DNA of 64,000 nt from an uncultured Neptuniibacter sp. (GTDB lineage Bacteria; Pseudomonadota; Gammaproteobacteria; Pseudomonadales; Balneatricaceae): positions 97,551 through 161,550 of the forward strand of contig NZ_CANMIR010000005.1 in NCBI RefSeq assembly GCF_947498015.1, in the 5' to 3' direction. Shown in pieces: positions 49,450-58,626 of the stretch. Below the pieces are notes generated by a model, which was given only the letters and a program-made list of their open reading frames with translations, ran no database searches and was not told the origin of the DNA. Position numbers and translations under genes: made by a program. Numbering within the stretch: the stretch's first letter is position 1; each line of letters begins with the position of its first letter.

Positions 49450-51236
49450 GTATACTCGCCCTGAAAAAAGCCACACTGGTCGGTTTGAGTGAAGATAAGG
49501 GCTCGATACTTGATCAGCTCCAGTCTCTGGGAGTCTTGCATGTCATCCCTTTAAGCGCTGCTCGCAGTGTACCCCAGCATCGGGATACCTCGATGGAGGG
49601 GGTCTCACCTGAGCAGTTGCATGGCTCATTACATTACCTGTTGAGTTGTAAGCAGAAACGGAAACAGGTTGTGAGTGAACGCCATTTTTCACTGCAGGAC
49701 GTGATTACCGCTGTTGAGAAGAATCGTTCGACACGGCTGTCTCTGGTAGAGCGTCATGATTTTCTCCTAAAACGGATAAAGGACCTGACCCCCTGGGGGA
49801 GCTTTATTCTGCCTCAGGAAAATGAGCTTTATGGACAGCGCTTCTGGTTCTATCTGGTACCCAATTTCAAGATGAAAGAGGTTGATAAAACCAGTCTGCC
49901 CTGGGAGCTGGTTCACCGCGATAACCGTCATAGCTACATCGCAGTGATCGCTGAGCATGAGCCTGCATTAAATGAGATGCCTGTGACCAGAACGCATACT
50001 GGAGCGGTTCCTTTAGATCAACTTAAACGTGAACTTGAGGATCTTGAAGTTGAGCTGGAAACGGCAGAGGCAGAGCGAGAAGGGCTGACGCGTTGGATCT
50101 ACCTGTTACAGAGATCGGTTGCCGGGACAGAAGATGCGGCACAACTGGCTGATGTAGCCAGCCAAACCCTTGATCAGGATGAGGTGTTTGCCATTCAGGG
50201 GTGGTGTGCAGAGTGTAATGCCGACCAGTTACAGCGCTTTGCTGATCAGCATTCCATGGTGTTGCAGCTGGAGGAGGTCCGGGAAGATGAGTTACCCCCC
50301 ACCTTGCTGGAGAACCCCAGATCAGTCGCTGGTGGTGAAGAGGTCGTTCAGTTTTTTCAGGTCCCCGGATATCGCAGTTGGGATCCCTCAAGGGTGGTGT
50401 TTTTCTCCTTTGTATCCTTTTTCGCTCTGATTATGTCGGATGCCGGATACTCATTGTTACTGGCGGCTATATTACTGTTTTACTGGCAGCGGCTGGAGCA
50501 AACTGAAACGGGTATCCGTCTACGCTCGATGGGGGTTGCGCTTGCAGTCGCTGGCTTTGTTTGGGGTGTGATCGTAGGAAGCTATTTTGGTGCCGATGCT
50601 CCCTTTGCATGGTTGAACAGATTAAAAATGCTCGATCTGAATGATTTCGACAGCATGATGTTGTTGTCGATCTGTATCGGTGCGCTGCATCTTATCCTGG
50701 GGAATTTGATGATGGCCTGGGTTAGACGCAGGAGTCAGCAGGCATTAGCTTCGGTAGGCTGGGCGCTGAGTGTGATTGCCGCTCTGACAGGTTGGATACA
50801 GGGCGTTGGCATAGGGCATTGGTTACTATTGGCGGTTGGCTTATTACTGGTCCTAACCTTTTCCAGTGGTCGTCAGGACTGGGGAGGGCGTAGATTTCTG
50901 GATGGCTTGCTGGCTCTGACGGGGGTGACAAAACTGTTTGGTGATGTGTTGAGTTACCTGCGGCTTTTTGCCCTGGGACTGGCCAGCGCATCGTTGGCGA
51001 TAACCTTTAATCAGTTGGCACTGGATGTCGCGGCAGCTCTGCCGGCTATAGGCTTGCTTTTTAAAGTCCTGATATTGCTGGTAGGCCATCTGCTGAATTT
51101 TTTACTGACGGTTGTCAGCGGTGTAATCCATGGATTGCGCCTTAATCTGATCGAATTTTATAACTGGAGTCTGGCTGATGAAGGGTACCCTTTCCAGCCG
51201 TTTGCAAAACAGGAGGTTTCACCTTGGATAACCTGA
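49446..51236 (+). CDS. V/A-type ATPase subunit I (a)
   Basis: Soluble N-terminal half, PTLLENP, SDAGY, GDVLSYLRLFALGLAS (essential Arg) and HGLRLNLIEF motifs. Confidence 0.94.
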   Translation: MSILALKKATLVGLSEDKGSILDQLQSLGVLHVIPLSAARSVPQHRDTSMEGVSPEQLHGSLHYLLSCKQKRKQVVSERHFSLQDVITAVEKNRSTRLSLVERHDFLLKRIKDLTPWGSFILPQENELYGQRFWFYLVPNFKMKEVDKTSLPWELVHRDNRHSYIAVIAEHEPALNEMPVTRTHTGAVPLDQLKRELEDLEVELETAEAEREGLTRWIYLLQRSVAGTEDAAQLADVASQTLDQDEVFAIQGWCAECNADQLQRFADQHSMVLQLEEVREDELPPTLLENPRSVAGGEEVVQFFQVPGYRSWDPSRVVFFSFVSFFALIMSDAGYSLLLAAILLFYWQRLEQTETGIRLRSMGVALAVAGFVWGVIVGSYFGADAPFAWLNRLKMLDLNDFDSMMLLSICIGALHLILGNLMMAWVRRRSQQALASVGWALSVIAALTGWIQGVGIGHWLLLAVGLLLVLTFSSGRQDWGGRRFLDGLLALTGVTKLFGDVLSYLRLFALGLASASLAITFNQLALDVAAALPAIGLLFKVLILLVGHLLNFLLTVVSGVIHGLRLNLIEFYNWSLADEGYPFQPFAKQEVSPWIT

Positions 51237-51670
51237 TCATAGCCCTGGGTTGGGCAGGGTTGTATGGCCCCATGGCGTTAGGCGCAATTGGAAGCATGAT
51301 CGGTTGCGCTCAGGCCGGGCAGGCCGCGTGTGGGGCCTTGCTGGAAACGGAAACCGGGCATGGCCGTTATATCGGGATTGCGGCGATGCCCTCCTCTCAG
51401 TCAATCTACGGCATTGTCGTGATGTTTGCACTGAACCGGGAGATCACCCTTGATAATGCTCCAGGCCTGGCGGCTATCGGGCTGTTATGCGGCTTGGCTC
51501 TTCTGTTTAGTGCCGCTTGGCAGGGGCGCTGTTGTGCATCTGCGATCAATGTGGCCAAAATCCGGCCTGAGATCTTTGGGATGTCATTGGCACCCGCAGC
51601 GATCGTAGAGGGATTTGCTGTCTTTGCCTTTATCTTTGCGCTGGTTATCAGTGCAGGTGTTCCTGCTTAA
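51224..51670 (+). CDS. V/A-type ATPase subunit K (c), four-helix proteolipid
   Basis: 148 aa with four hydrophobic helices; PSSQSIY, AWQG and IVEG motifs. TTG start follows AGGAGG. Confidence 0.93.
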   Translation: MDNLIIALGWAGLYGPMALGAIGSMIGCAQAGQAACGALLETETGHGRYIGIAAMPSSQSIYGIVVMFALNREITLDNAPGLAAIGLLCGLALLFSAAWQGRCCASAINVAKIRPEIFGMSLAPAAIVEGFAVFAFIFALVISAGVPA

Positions 51671-51685
51671 TCTAGGTGTCTGTTG

Positions 51686-52369
51686 ATGAAAGATGACCAT
51701 AAAAGCCACGCCTCTTCAGGTGTTGAAGCGCTGATTGAAAAACTCCGGCTACAGGGGGTTGAAAAAGGGCAACATGAGGCAGAAAAGCTGGTTGAAGAGG
51801 CGGAGCATCGTGCGGATTGGCTTCTCTCTCAGGCGAAGCAGGAAGCGGAGATGATCGTAGCGAAAGCGCGTAAGGAAGCTTCTCAATTAAAACAGGCAGG
51901 GGAAGATGCGCTGCGAATAGCCGCACGGGATATGCACCTCGAGGTGAGGGAAACGCTGTCACACTCCTTTACTGATCAGGTTGAACGGCTGGTGGCAACG
52001 CAGATGGATAATGAGGAGTTTATGCGCAGCCTGATTATGGCGCTGGTCTCTAAAGCACATCGTGATCATGGTATCAGTCATGCAGAGCAGATCGATCTGC
52101 TATTACCTGATGAGTTGATCGGTCTTGATGAACTCAGGCGTAACCCCAAAGAGTACCGTGAAGGTAAATTAAGTCAGTTTGTGCAGTCTCTTGCCGCTGA
52201 ACAGATGCGAGAGGGTGTTAATTTTGAGTGGTACGAAGGCAAAGGGATTAGAGTGCGATTGAGGGGTGAACAGGTTGAGGTGGATCTGAGCAGTGAAGCA
52301 GTAGCCCAGTTACTCCTAAAGCATCTGCAGCCTCGATTCAGGGCGATTATTGAAGGGGTAATTCGTTAG
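51686..52369 (+). CDS. V/A-type ATPase subunit E (peripheral stalk)
   Basis: GVEALIEKLRLQGVEKG, a long coiled coil and C-terminal LQPRF; alternative TTG start at 51683. Confidence 0.88.
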   Translation: MKDDHKSHASSGVEALIEKLRLQGVEKGQHEAEKLVEEAEHRADWLLSQAKQEAEMIVAKARKEASQLKQAGEDALRIAARDMHLEVRETLSHSFTDQVERLVATQMDNEEFMRSLIMALVSKAHRDHGISHAEQIDLLLPDELIGLDELRRNPKEYREGKLSQFVQSLAAEQMREGVNFEWYEGKGIRVRLRGEQVEVDLSSEAVAQLLLKHLQPRFRAIIEGVIR

Positions 52370-53058
52370 TGTCTGATTACTATACGTTGATTACAGCGCT
52401 GCCCTGGTTGCCGGATCTGGATCAATGTAAGCAGCTTCCGCTGTCTCGAATCGCATTAGAGCAGCGCTTGACGATGCTCTCTGAGCAGGATCGCCAACAG
52501 TTATTACGGGTGGAGTCGCTCTATCACCCCTCTGATCCAGCTTTGAAAGAACTGACTGATCGTGCTCTGGTCAGCGCATGGCAGGCTCAGCTTGAGTTGG
52601 TTCAATCTCAGCCATTGCGGGAATGTGTGCTCTACCAGATGGAGCTCAGAACCTTATTAGCTGCACTGCGGAGTCGTTCATCTGGTTTGGAAAATCCTAT
52701 GCATTTCTTTGGATTGGGGCGCTGGCTTCCGCGCATTCGCAAGCATTGGTTTGAACCCGCTTTTGGGCTTGAAGATGTCTATCCGCCGGTGAAAGAGCTG
52801 CAGCGTTTATTAAGTAAAGATAACCCAATGTTGGTTGAGCGCTATCTGTCTCAGTTGCTTTGGCGTGATCTTTCACATACCGAGCATGAGCACCACTTTA
52901 CCTTTGAAACGCTGGCATGTTTTGTCCTGCGTTGGGGGATAGCGGAGCAGTACATTCAACATGATGGGGTGTTGGCTTTGGAGCGTTTTAATCATTCCGT
53001 AGCGGCATTGTTGGCTAGCACAGATCTCGAGCTGCAGTTAGCTCAGGGGGTAAGGTAG
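52369..53058 (+). CDS. DUF2764-type protein, probable V/A-type ATPase subunit C equivalent
   Basis: YYTLITALPWL N-terminus and FTFETLACFVLRW near the C-terminus; located between E and A. Confidence 0.8.
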   Translation: MSDYYTLITALPWLPDLDQCKQLPLSRIALEQRLTMLSEQDRQQLLRVESLYHPSDPALKELTDRALVSAWQAQLELVQSQPLRECVLYQMELRTLLAALRSRSSGLENPMHFFGLGRWLPRIRKHWFEPAFGLEDVYPPVKELQRLLSKDNPMLVERYLSQLLWRDLSHTEHEHHFTFETLACFVLRWGIAEQYIQHDGVLALERFNHSVAALLASTDLELQLAQGVR

Positions 53059-54863
53059 TGGAACAGCAGGTTACAGCAAGGGTGAGCTCAGTCAGGGATG
53101 ATATCGTCACGATCTCGCTGTTGCAGGACAGTGAAGGCGTTTTTTACCCGATCTTGAAGAATGAAATGGTCTTTATCTGTCCAATTCGTACGGGTGTTGA
53201 TGGGCGTAAGGAAGCGTTACAGGCAGAGGTACTTAGAATCCGCCATGGTGAAGCTGATGTACAGGTGTTTGAGAATACCCGGGGCGTAGCTGTTGGCGAT
53301 CCCGTCAGACAAAGCGGACATCTACTTTCGGTCTCTTTGGGACCTGGGTTGCTCGGGCAGGTCTATGATGGATTACAAAATCCGCTTGAGGTGATCGCTT
53401 CTCAGCACGGTTTCTTTCTGCCCCGAGGACTGGAGGTGGATGGTATCGATCTCCAGCAGCGTTGGTCATTCCAGCCCTGTGTGAAGGTTGGGGATCATGT
53501 TCAGGCAGGTGATGCGATTGGACATGTTCAGGAGGGACGTTTTGAACACAAGATAATGGCACCTTTTGGTATGTCGACTGAAGCTGAGATCAGTTGGATT
53601 CAGGAGGGCTCTTTTACCGTAGATACGCCGGTTGCCAGAGTAAAACACTCCTCGGGTTTGGAGGATGAGATCTGCATGCAGCAGCGTTGGCCGGTGAGAG
53701 TGCCCGTAAGTGAGCCTTTACTTAAGGCGGGACTGAGCAAACGTGAGTACCCCAATGAACCTCTGCTGACATCGATCCGTCTGATCGATACCTTTTTCCC
53801 TGTTGCCCGGGGTGGTACGGCGTGTATTCCGGGTCCTTTCGGTGCGGGTAAAACGGTGCTGCAAAGCCTGATTTCACGCTTCTCTGATGTGGATATTGTG
53901 GTCATTGTCGCTTGCGGTGAGCGTGCTGGCGAAGTGGTGGAAACAATTACTGAGTTTCCAAATATGTCTGATCCTAAAGGTGGTTCGTTGATGGATCGGA
54001 CCGTGATTATCTGTAACACCTCCTCGATGCCAGTTGCTGCACGTGAAGCGTCGATCTATACCGGTATCACGATCTCCGAATACTATCGGCAGATGGGCTA
54101 TAACGTATTACTTATCGCTGATTCGACATCGCGCTGGGCCCAGGCGATGCGAGAAACCTCAGGACGTTTGGAAGAGATTCCCGGTGAAGAGGCCTTTCCG
54201 GCCTACCTCGACTCGGCTGTGCGAGCGTTGTATGAAAGAGCAGGTATGGTTCGCAACAATGCCGATGTCGTTGGAAGCCTCACTCTGATTGGAACGGTCT
54301 CCCCGGCAGGGGGGAATTTTGAGGAGCCTGTGACGCAGTCCACATTGAGAACAGTTAAGGCGTTTCTGGGGTTGAGTGCAGAACGGGCTTACAAACGCGC
54401 TTATCCGGCGGTTGATCCACTTATCTCATGGTCGCGCTATCTTGATCAGTTGGAGGGTTGGTATCAGGAACATATGGGAGATGACTGGACCGATAAGGTT
54501 AGGGAGATGCAGCAGTTATTGGAACGTGGTGAATCGGTGCAGCAGATGATGCAGGTTACAGGTGAGGAGGGGGTGACTCTGCAGGACTTTATCCTCTATC
54601 ACCAATCGGTCTCTCTTGATCAGGTCTACCTGCAACAGGATGCGTTTGATGATGTGGATATCTCGGTACCCCTGAAGCGGCAAAAGGAGGTGTTTAATCT
54701 CTTACGAGAGAGTTTACTGACCTATCCTGAATTGAAGGATAAAGCTGAAGTCAGGGATTACTTTGTCAAACTGACAGGGTTATTTAAAAACCTGAATTAC
54801 AGTCGCAGTGATAGTCCGGATTATCGTCGTTACCTCGAAGAGATACGTTCTCTCTCCCTTTAA
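53058..54863 (+). CDS. V/A-type ATPase subunit A (catalytic)
   Basis: Walker A GPFGAGKT, CGERAGE, MPVAAREAS, ADSTSRWAQA, LEEIPGEEAFPAYL and VSPAGGNFEEPVT motifs. Confidence 0.97.
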   Translation: MEQQVTARVSSVRDDIVTISLLQDSEGVFYPILKNEMVFICPIRTGVDGRKEALQAEVLRIRHGEADVQVFENTRGVAVGDPVRQSGHLLSVSLGPGLLGQVYDGLQNPLEVIASQHGFFLPRGLEVDGIDLQQRWSFQPCVKVGDHVQAGDAIGHVQEGRFEHKIMAPFGMSTEAEISWIQEGSFTVDTPVARVKHSSGLEDEICMQQRWPVRVPVSEPLLKAGLSKREYPNEPLLTSIRLIDTFFPVARGGTACIPGPFGAGKTVLQSLISRFSDVDIVVIVACGERAGEVVETITEFPNMSDPKGGSLMDRTVIICNTSSMPVAAREASIYTGITISEYYRQMGYNVLLIADSTSRWAQAMRETSGRLEEIPGEEAFPAYLDSAVRALYERAGMVRNNADVVGSLTLIGTVSPAGGNFEEPVTQSTLRTVKAFLGLSAERAYKRAYPAVDPLISWSRYLDQLEGWYQEHMGDDWTDKVREMQQLLERGESVQQMMQVTGEEGVTLQDFILYHQSVSLDQVYLQQDAFDDVDISVPLKRQKEVFNLLRESLLTYPELKDKAEVRDYFVKLTGLFKNLNYSRSDSPDYRRYLEEIRSLSL

Positions 54864-55065
54864 TACCTAAAAGTTGATCTGAGTCATGTTTTTGACCGGT
54901 TATATGGTCGGTAACTGGATTAGCATCTGCTAAAGTTTCTCATTAGCCCGGTTGATCGTGCCGGGTTAACAGTGCGTGCAGGAAGTATGCTTAAAGTGCG
55001 CGGCGTAGTAGTAGACAAGAAGCCTCTTCAACCCGCCTGGTTATTTCAAAGAACCTCCCCGTCTT

Positions 55066-57894
55066 ATGACTCAGACAAATGTAAAAACGTTACCGCGTTT
55101 TTTAGTGCTCGGTACAGTGGCTATCACTGTGCTCCTGCTCGCGTCTGTGGCTACCCATTTCCTCTATAAAAACCAGAAAGATAGTGAAGAGCGCCTGGCA
55201 GCGCTTGAACTTGAGTTTATTGAGCGCGGTAAGGCGCGACTGGCTTCAGAGATTCAGAGTTCAAAAGATTACATCACCTATATGGTTTCGCAGGCAGAGA
55301 ATGTTCTTAAAGAGCAATCCCGGGCGGAAGTGATGAAAGCACATACGATCGCTGAAACCATCTATAAGAGTGAGCGTGGGAAGCGCCCGGATGCAGAAAT
55401 AAAAGAGTTGATCAGAGAGTCTTTGCGGAATATCCGTTTCTTTAATGGCCGGGGGTATATCTTTATCGATGATGATAAGGGCGTTTGCATATTACTACCG
55501 ACGCTCCCCCATGTTGAAGGGCGTTCTCTGTACGATAATCAGGATGACACCGGTCATTATATAATGCGCGGGTTGCTCAAGGCGGTTCAAAACCCACAGC
55601 AAGAGGGCTTTTCCAGTTATCGTTGGTACCCCCCTAACGATAAGCAGAATATGGCGGATAAGATCGCATTTGTTAAAACATTTGCACCCTACAACTGGTT
55701 GATCGGTGCGGGTGATTATCTGTATCAAATTGAGAATGACCTGAAAGCGCAGGCATTAAACCGTCTGAAAGCGATTAAATTTGGTGATCATGGTTATCTG
55801 GCTATCTTTGATGCGGATGGTCGGCTGCTATCTTCCCCTGGGATAAGTTCGCATAACGGGCAGGTACTGACCGATAGTCAGGAAAGTTTGGAAACGATCG
55901 CGTTAGAGCGAATATTTACCGCTGCAGAGAACGGTGGTGGGTATATTGAGTATGACTGGTACTTTCCAAATGGAGAGGGCCCCTTCCCGAAAATATCATT
56001 AGTGGATACCGTCCCTGGGCTGAATTGGACGCTGGTAGCCGGCTTTTATCCTGAAGATATCAAAGGGGTACGGGCTTCTCAGCAGGTGATGTTAGAGCGG
56101 GCAATGAGGGAAGATCGAACTCAGATCTATATCTTTCTGATATTGGCCGCCTTGGTGACGATTGGTCTAAGTATGTTATTTGGAGGTTGGGTTAACCGCC
56201 GATTTTCCCAGTATAACGATGAGATCGAAAGCAAACAGCGGGCCCTACAGCTGGCTTCCAGAGTATTTGATAATGCGCTGGAGGGGATTATGGTCTCTGG
56301 GGAAAACGGTCGTTTGCTCACTGTTAATGATGCTTTTACCGAGATTTCCGGGTATTCCAAAGACGAGGTGTTAGGGCGTAACCCAAGATTCCTTCAATCC
56401 GGACGTCATGATGAGCTGTTTTATCGAAATATGTGGCAGTCGATCAATACTCATGGTGGTTGGGCTGGTGAGATCTGGAACCGAAGAAAGAATGGTGAAG
56501 TTTTCCCTCAGTGGCTGTCGATTCGTGCGTCCCTGGATGAGCAGGGGATGGTGCAAAACTATATCGCCTCAATCACTGATCTCACTGAACGTAAGCAGGT
56601 GGAGGAGAAGCTTCGCTACCTCTCTGACTTTGATCCTCTGACCAATCTGCCAAACCGCCGGCTTCTGGGTTATCGCGTTGAGCAAACCATCGCCCTGAGC
56701 AAGCCGGGAGAGAATTTTGCGTTGCTCTATGTCGATCTTGATCATTTCAAGCATATCAATGACAGTCTGGGTCATAGTTTTGGTGATGAGATCCTCCAGA
56801 AGGTTGCTCAGCGGGTTCAGGAGATGGTGTCAGACGAGTGCACAGTGAGCCGTCTGGGTGGTGATGAGTTTATGGTGCTGATGCCTGATCTGACCAAGCT
56901 TGAACAGGTTGCTAATCTGGCTGATACCATTTTGAAACAGGTAGCATTACCGTTGGAAAGCGACGGACACCTGATGATTACTCCAAGTGTCGGTATCTCA
57001 GTATATCCGGACGATGGCCAGACCTTCGATAAACTGCTCCGTAATGCCGATGCAGCAGTACACTTTGCAAAGTCTCAGGGTCGTAATAACTATCAATTTT
57101 ATACGGCTGAGATGAATCAGCATGCCTCTGAACGATTAAAAACTGAATTGTCACTACGAAAGGCGGTCGAGAATCAGGAGTTTGAACTGTTCTTCCAGCC
57201 ACAGCTCTGCCTGAAAACTCAAAGGTTGGTGGGGTGCGAGGCGCTGATTCGCTGGCAGCATCCGGTTGAGGGGACTATTGCTCCAAACCGATTTATCCCT
57301 CTGGCTGAAGATACGGGGCTAATTCTGCCGATCGGCAGCTGGGTGCTCCAGCAGGCCTGCCTACAAGGGGTTAAATGGAAAGCAGAGTGTGCGGGCCCCT
57401 TCACAATGTCAGTGAATGTTTCTGTGCGTCAGTTCCGTCCAGAGCTGGTCGTTGAAGTTAAGGATGCACTGGAACAGTCAGGGTTATCACCTGAGTCTCT
57501 GGTTCTGGAGATTACCGAAAGCACCTTGATGCAGGATGAAGAGACAACGTTACAGTTGCTTCTTGAACTGAAAAGTCTGGGGGTGCAGCTTTCGTTGGAT
57601 GACTTTGGTACCGGCTACTCCAGTATGGCTTACTTGAAACGTTTTAATCTGGATCAACTAAAGATCGACCGGGCTTTTATCAGTGATCTTCCAAATAATC
57701 CTGATGATGCCGCAATCACCTCTGCCATTATCGATGTTGCAAGTCACTTCGGCCTGGTCACAGTGGCTGAAGGCGTGGAAACCGTTGAGCAGGCTCAGTT
57801 CCTCGCTTCAGTGGGATGTATTGAGGGGCAGGGATACCTTTACGAAAAACCGATCTCTGCCGTAGACTTCAATCGCAAATATTTCGCAAACTGA
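55066..57894 (+). CDS. Membrane-bound Cache-PAS-GGDEF-EAL c-di-GMP signalling protein
   Basis: Two transmembrane helices around tandem Cache-like domains, PAS (NDAFTEISGYS), intact GGDEF, EALIRW and DDFGTGYSS. Confidence 0.93.
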   Translation: MTQTNVKTLPRFLVLGTVAITVLLLASVATHFLYKNQKDSEERLAALELEFIERGKARLASEIQSSKDYITYMVSQAENVLKEQSRAEVMKAHTIAETIYKSERGKRPDAEIKELIRESLRNIRFFNGRGYIFIDDDKGVCILLPTLPHVEGRSLYDNQDDTGHYIMRGLLKAVQNPQQEGFSSYRWYPPNDKQNMADKIAFVKTFAPYNWLIGAGDYLYQIENDLKAQALNRLKAIKFGDHGYLAIFDADGRLLSSPGISSHNGQVLTDSQESLETIALERIFTAAENGGGYIEYDWYFPNGEGPFPKISLVDTVPGLNWTLVAGFYPEDIKGVRASQQVMLERAMREDRTQIYIFLILAALVTIGLSMLFGGWVNRRFSQYNDEIESKQRALQLASRVFDNALEGIMVSGENGRLLTVNDAFTEISGYSKDEVLGRNPRFLQSGRHDELFYRNMWQSINTHGGWAGEIWNRRKNGEVFPQWLSIRASLDEQGMVQNYIASITDLTERKQVEEKLRYLSDFDPLTNLPNRRLLGYRVEQTIALSKPGENFALLYVDLDHFKHINDSLGHSFGDEILQKVAQRVQEMVSDECTVSRLGGDEFMVLMPDLTKLEQVANLADTILKQVALPLESDGHLMITPSVGISVYPDDGQTFDKLLRNADAAVHFAKSQGRNNYQFYTAEMNQHASERLKTELSLRKAVENQEFELFFQPQLCLKTQRLVGCEALIRWQHPVEGTIAPNRFIPLAEDTGLILPIGSWVLQQACLQGVKWKAECAGPFTMSVNVSVRQFRPELVVEVKDALEQSGLSPESLVLEITESTLMQDEETTLQLLLELKSLGVQLSLDDFGTGYSSMAYLKRFNLDQLKIDRAFISDLPNNPDDAAITSAIIDVASHFGLVTVAEGVETVEQAQFLASVGCIEGQGYLYEKPISAVDFNRKYFAN

Positions 57895-57962
57895 CACGAT
57901 TTTAAGTTGATGGCGGGCTTTATACCTACCTGGGAGAGTGTTGCTGCGCTCTGGGTTATTGT

Positions 57963-58496
57963 TTAATTACTCTTCAATATGATCTCTCTAAGCGGGAATT
58001 CACCTGTTTTCCGATCATTAAAGTAGTAATTCAGAGCGTTTTTGATGGTTGGAAATGCCAATTGGTCCCATGGGATCTCACTCTCTTCGAATAAACGGAC
58101 CTCCAGAGACTCACTGCTTTTAGCAAATTCCGGCTTCTCCATTTGGGCCAGATAGATCATCTGTACCTGATTGACGTGAACAATCGACGTCAGCGTATAC
58201 AGGTGGCTGATAATCACATGAGCATTCGCCTCCTCCATGGTTTCGCGAATGGCTCCCTCTGTGGTTGATTCATCATTTTCCATAAAGCCTGCGGGCAGGG
58301 TCCAGTAACCTTTTCTGGGTTCGATCGCCCGCTTGCACAGCAGTACCTTATCTTCAAAGACAGGAAGGCATCCGGTAATCACGCGGGGGTTCTGATAGTG
58401 AATGGTGCCGCATGCATCGCAGATATGGCGGGGCAGATGATCGCCTTCAGGGATCCCTAAGTGTAATGGGGCTGCGCAGCTGGAGCAGTAGTTCAT
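57963..58496 (-). CDS. NUDIX hydrolase with N-terminal zinc ribbon
   Basis: MNYCSSC...CDAC, HYQNP and Nudix box GFMENDESTTEGAIRETMEEA. Confidence 0.92.
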   Translation of the reverse strand: MNYCSSCAAPLHLGIPEGDHLPRHICDACGTIHYQNPRVITGCLPVFEDKVLLCKRAIEPRKGYWTLPAGFMENDESTTEGAIRETMEEANAHVIISHLYTLTSIVHVNQVQMIYLAQMEKPEFAKSSESLEVRLFEESEIPWDQLAFPTIKNALNYYFNDRKTGEFPLREIILKSN

Positions 58497-58626
58497 GATA
58501 TATCCTTGTAGTAGGGAGTTAATTCTAGCCTGAGTGAAGTGCTGAAACAAAAATGTATCGCTTATGCTTAAATTAGCAGCCTACTTCAGAGTATGATGGT
58601 TTTATCTGCCGAGAAATTAAATTGTT

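Noticed and set aside
54972-55169. 65-aa ORF upstream of the Cache-GGDEF-EAL gene
   Set aside because: Starts at GTG without an SD, overlaps the real gene out of frame, and shows no protein-like features.
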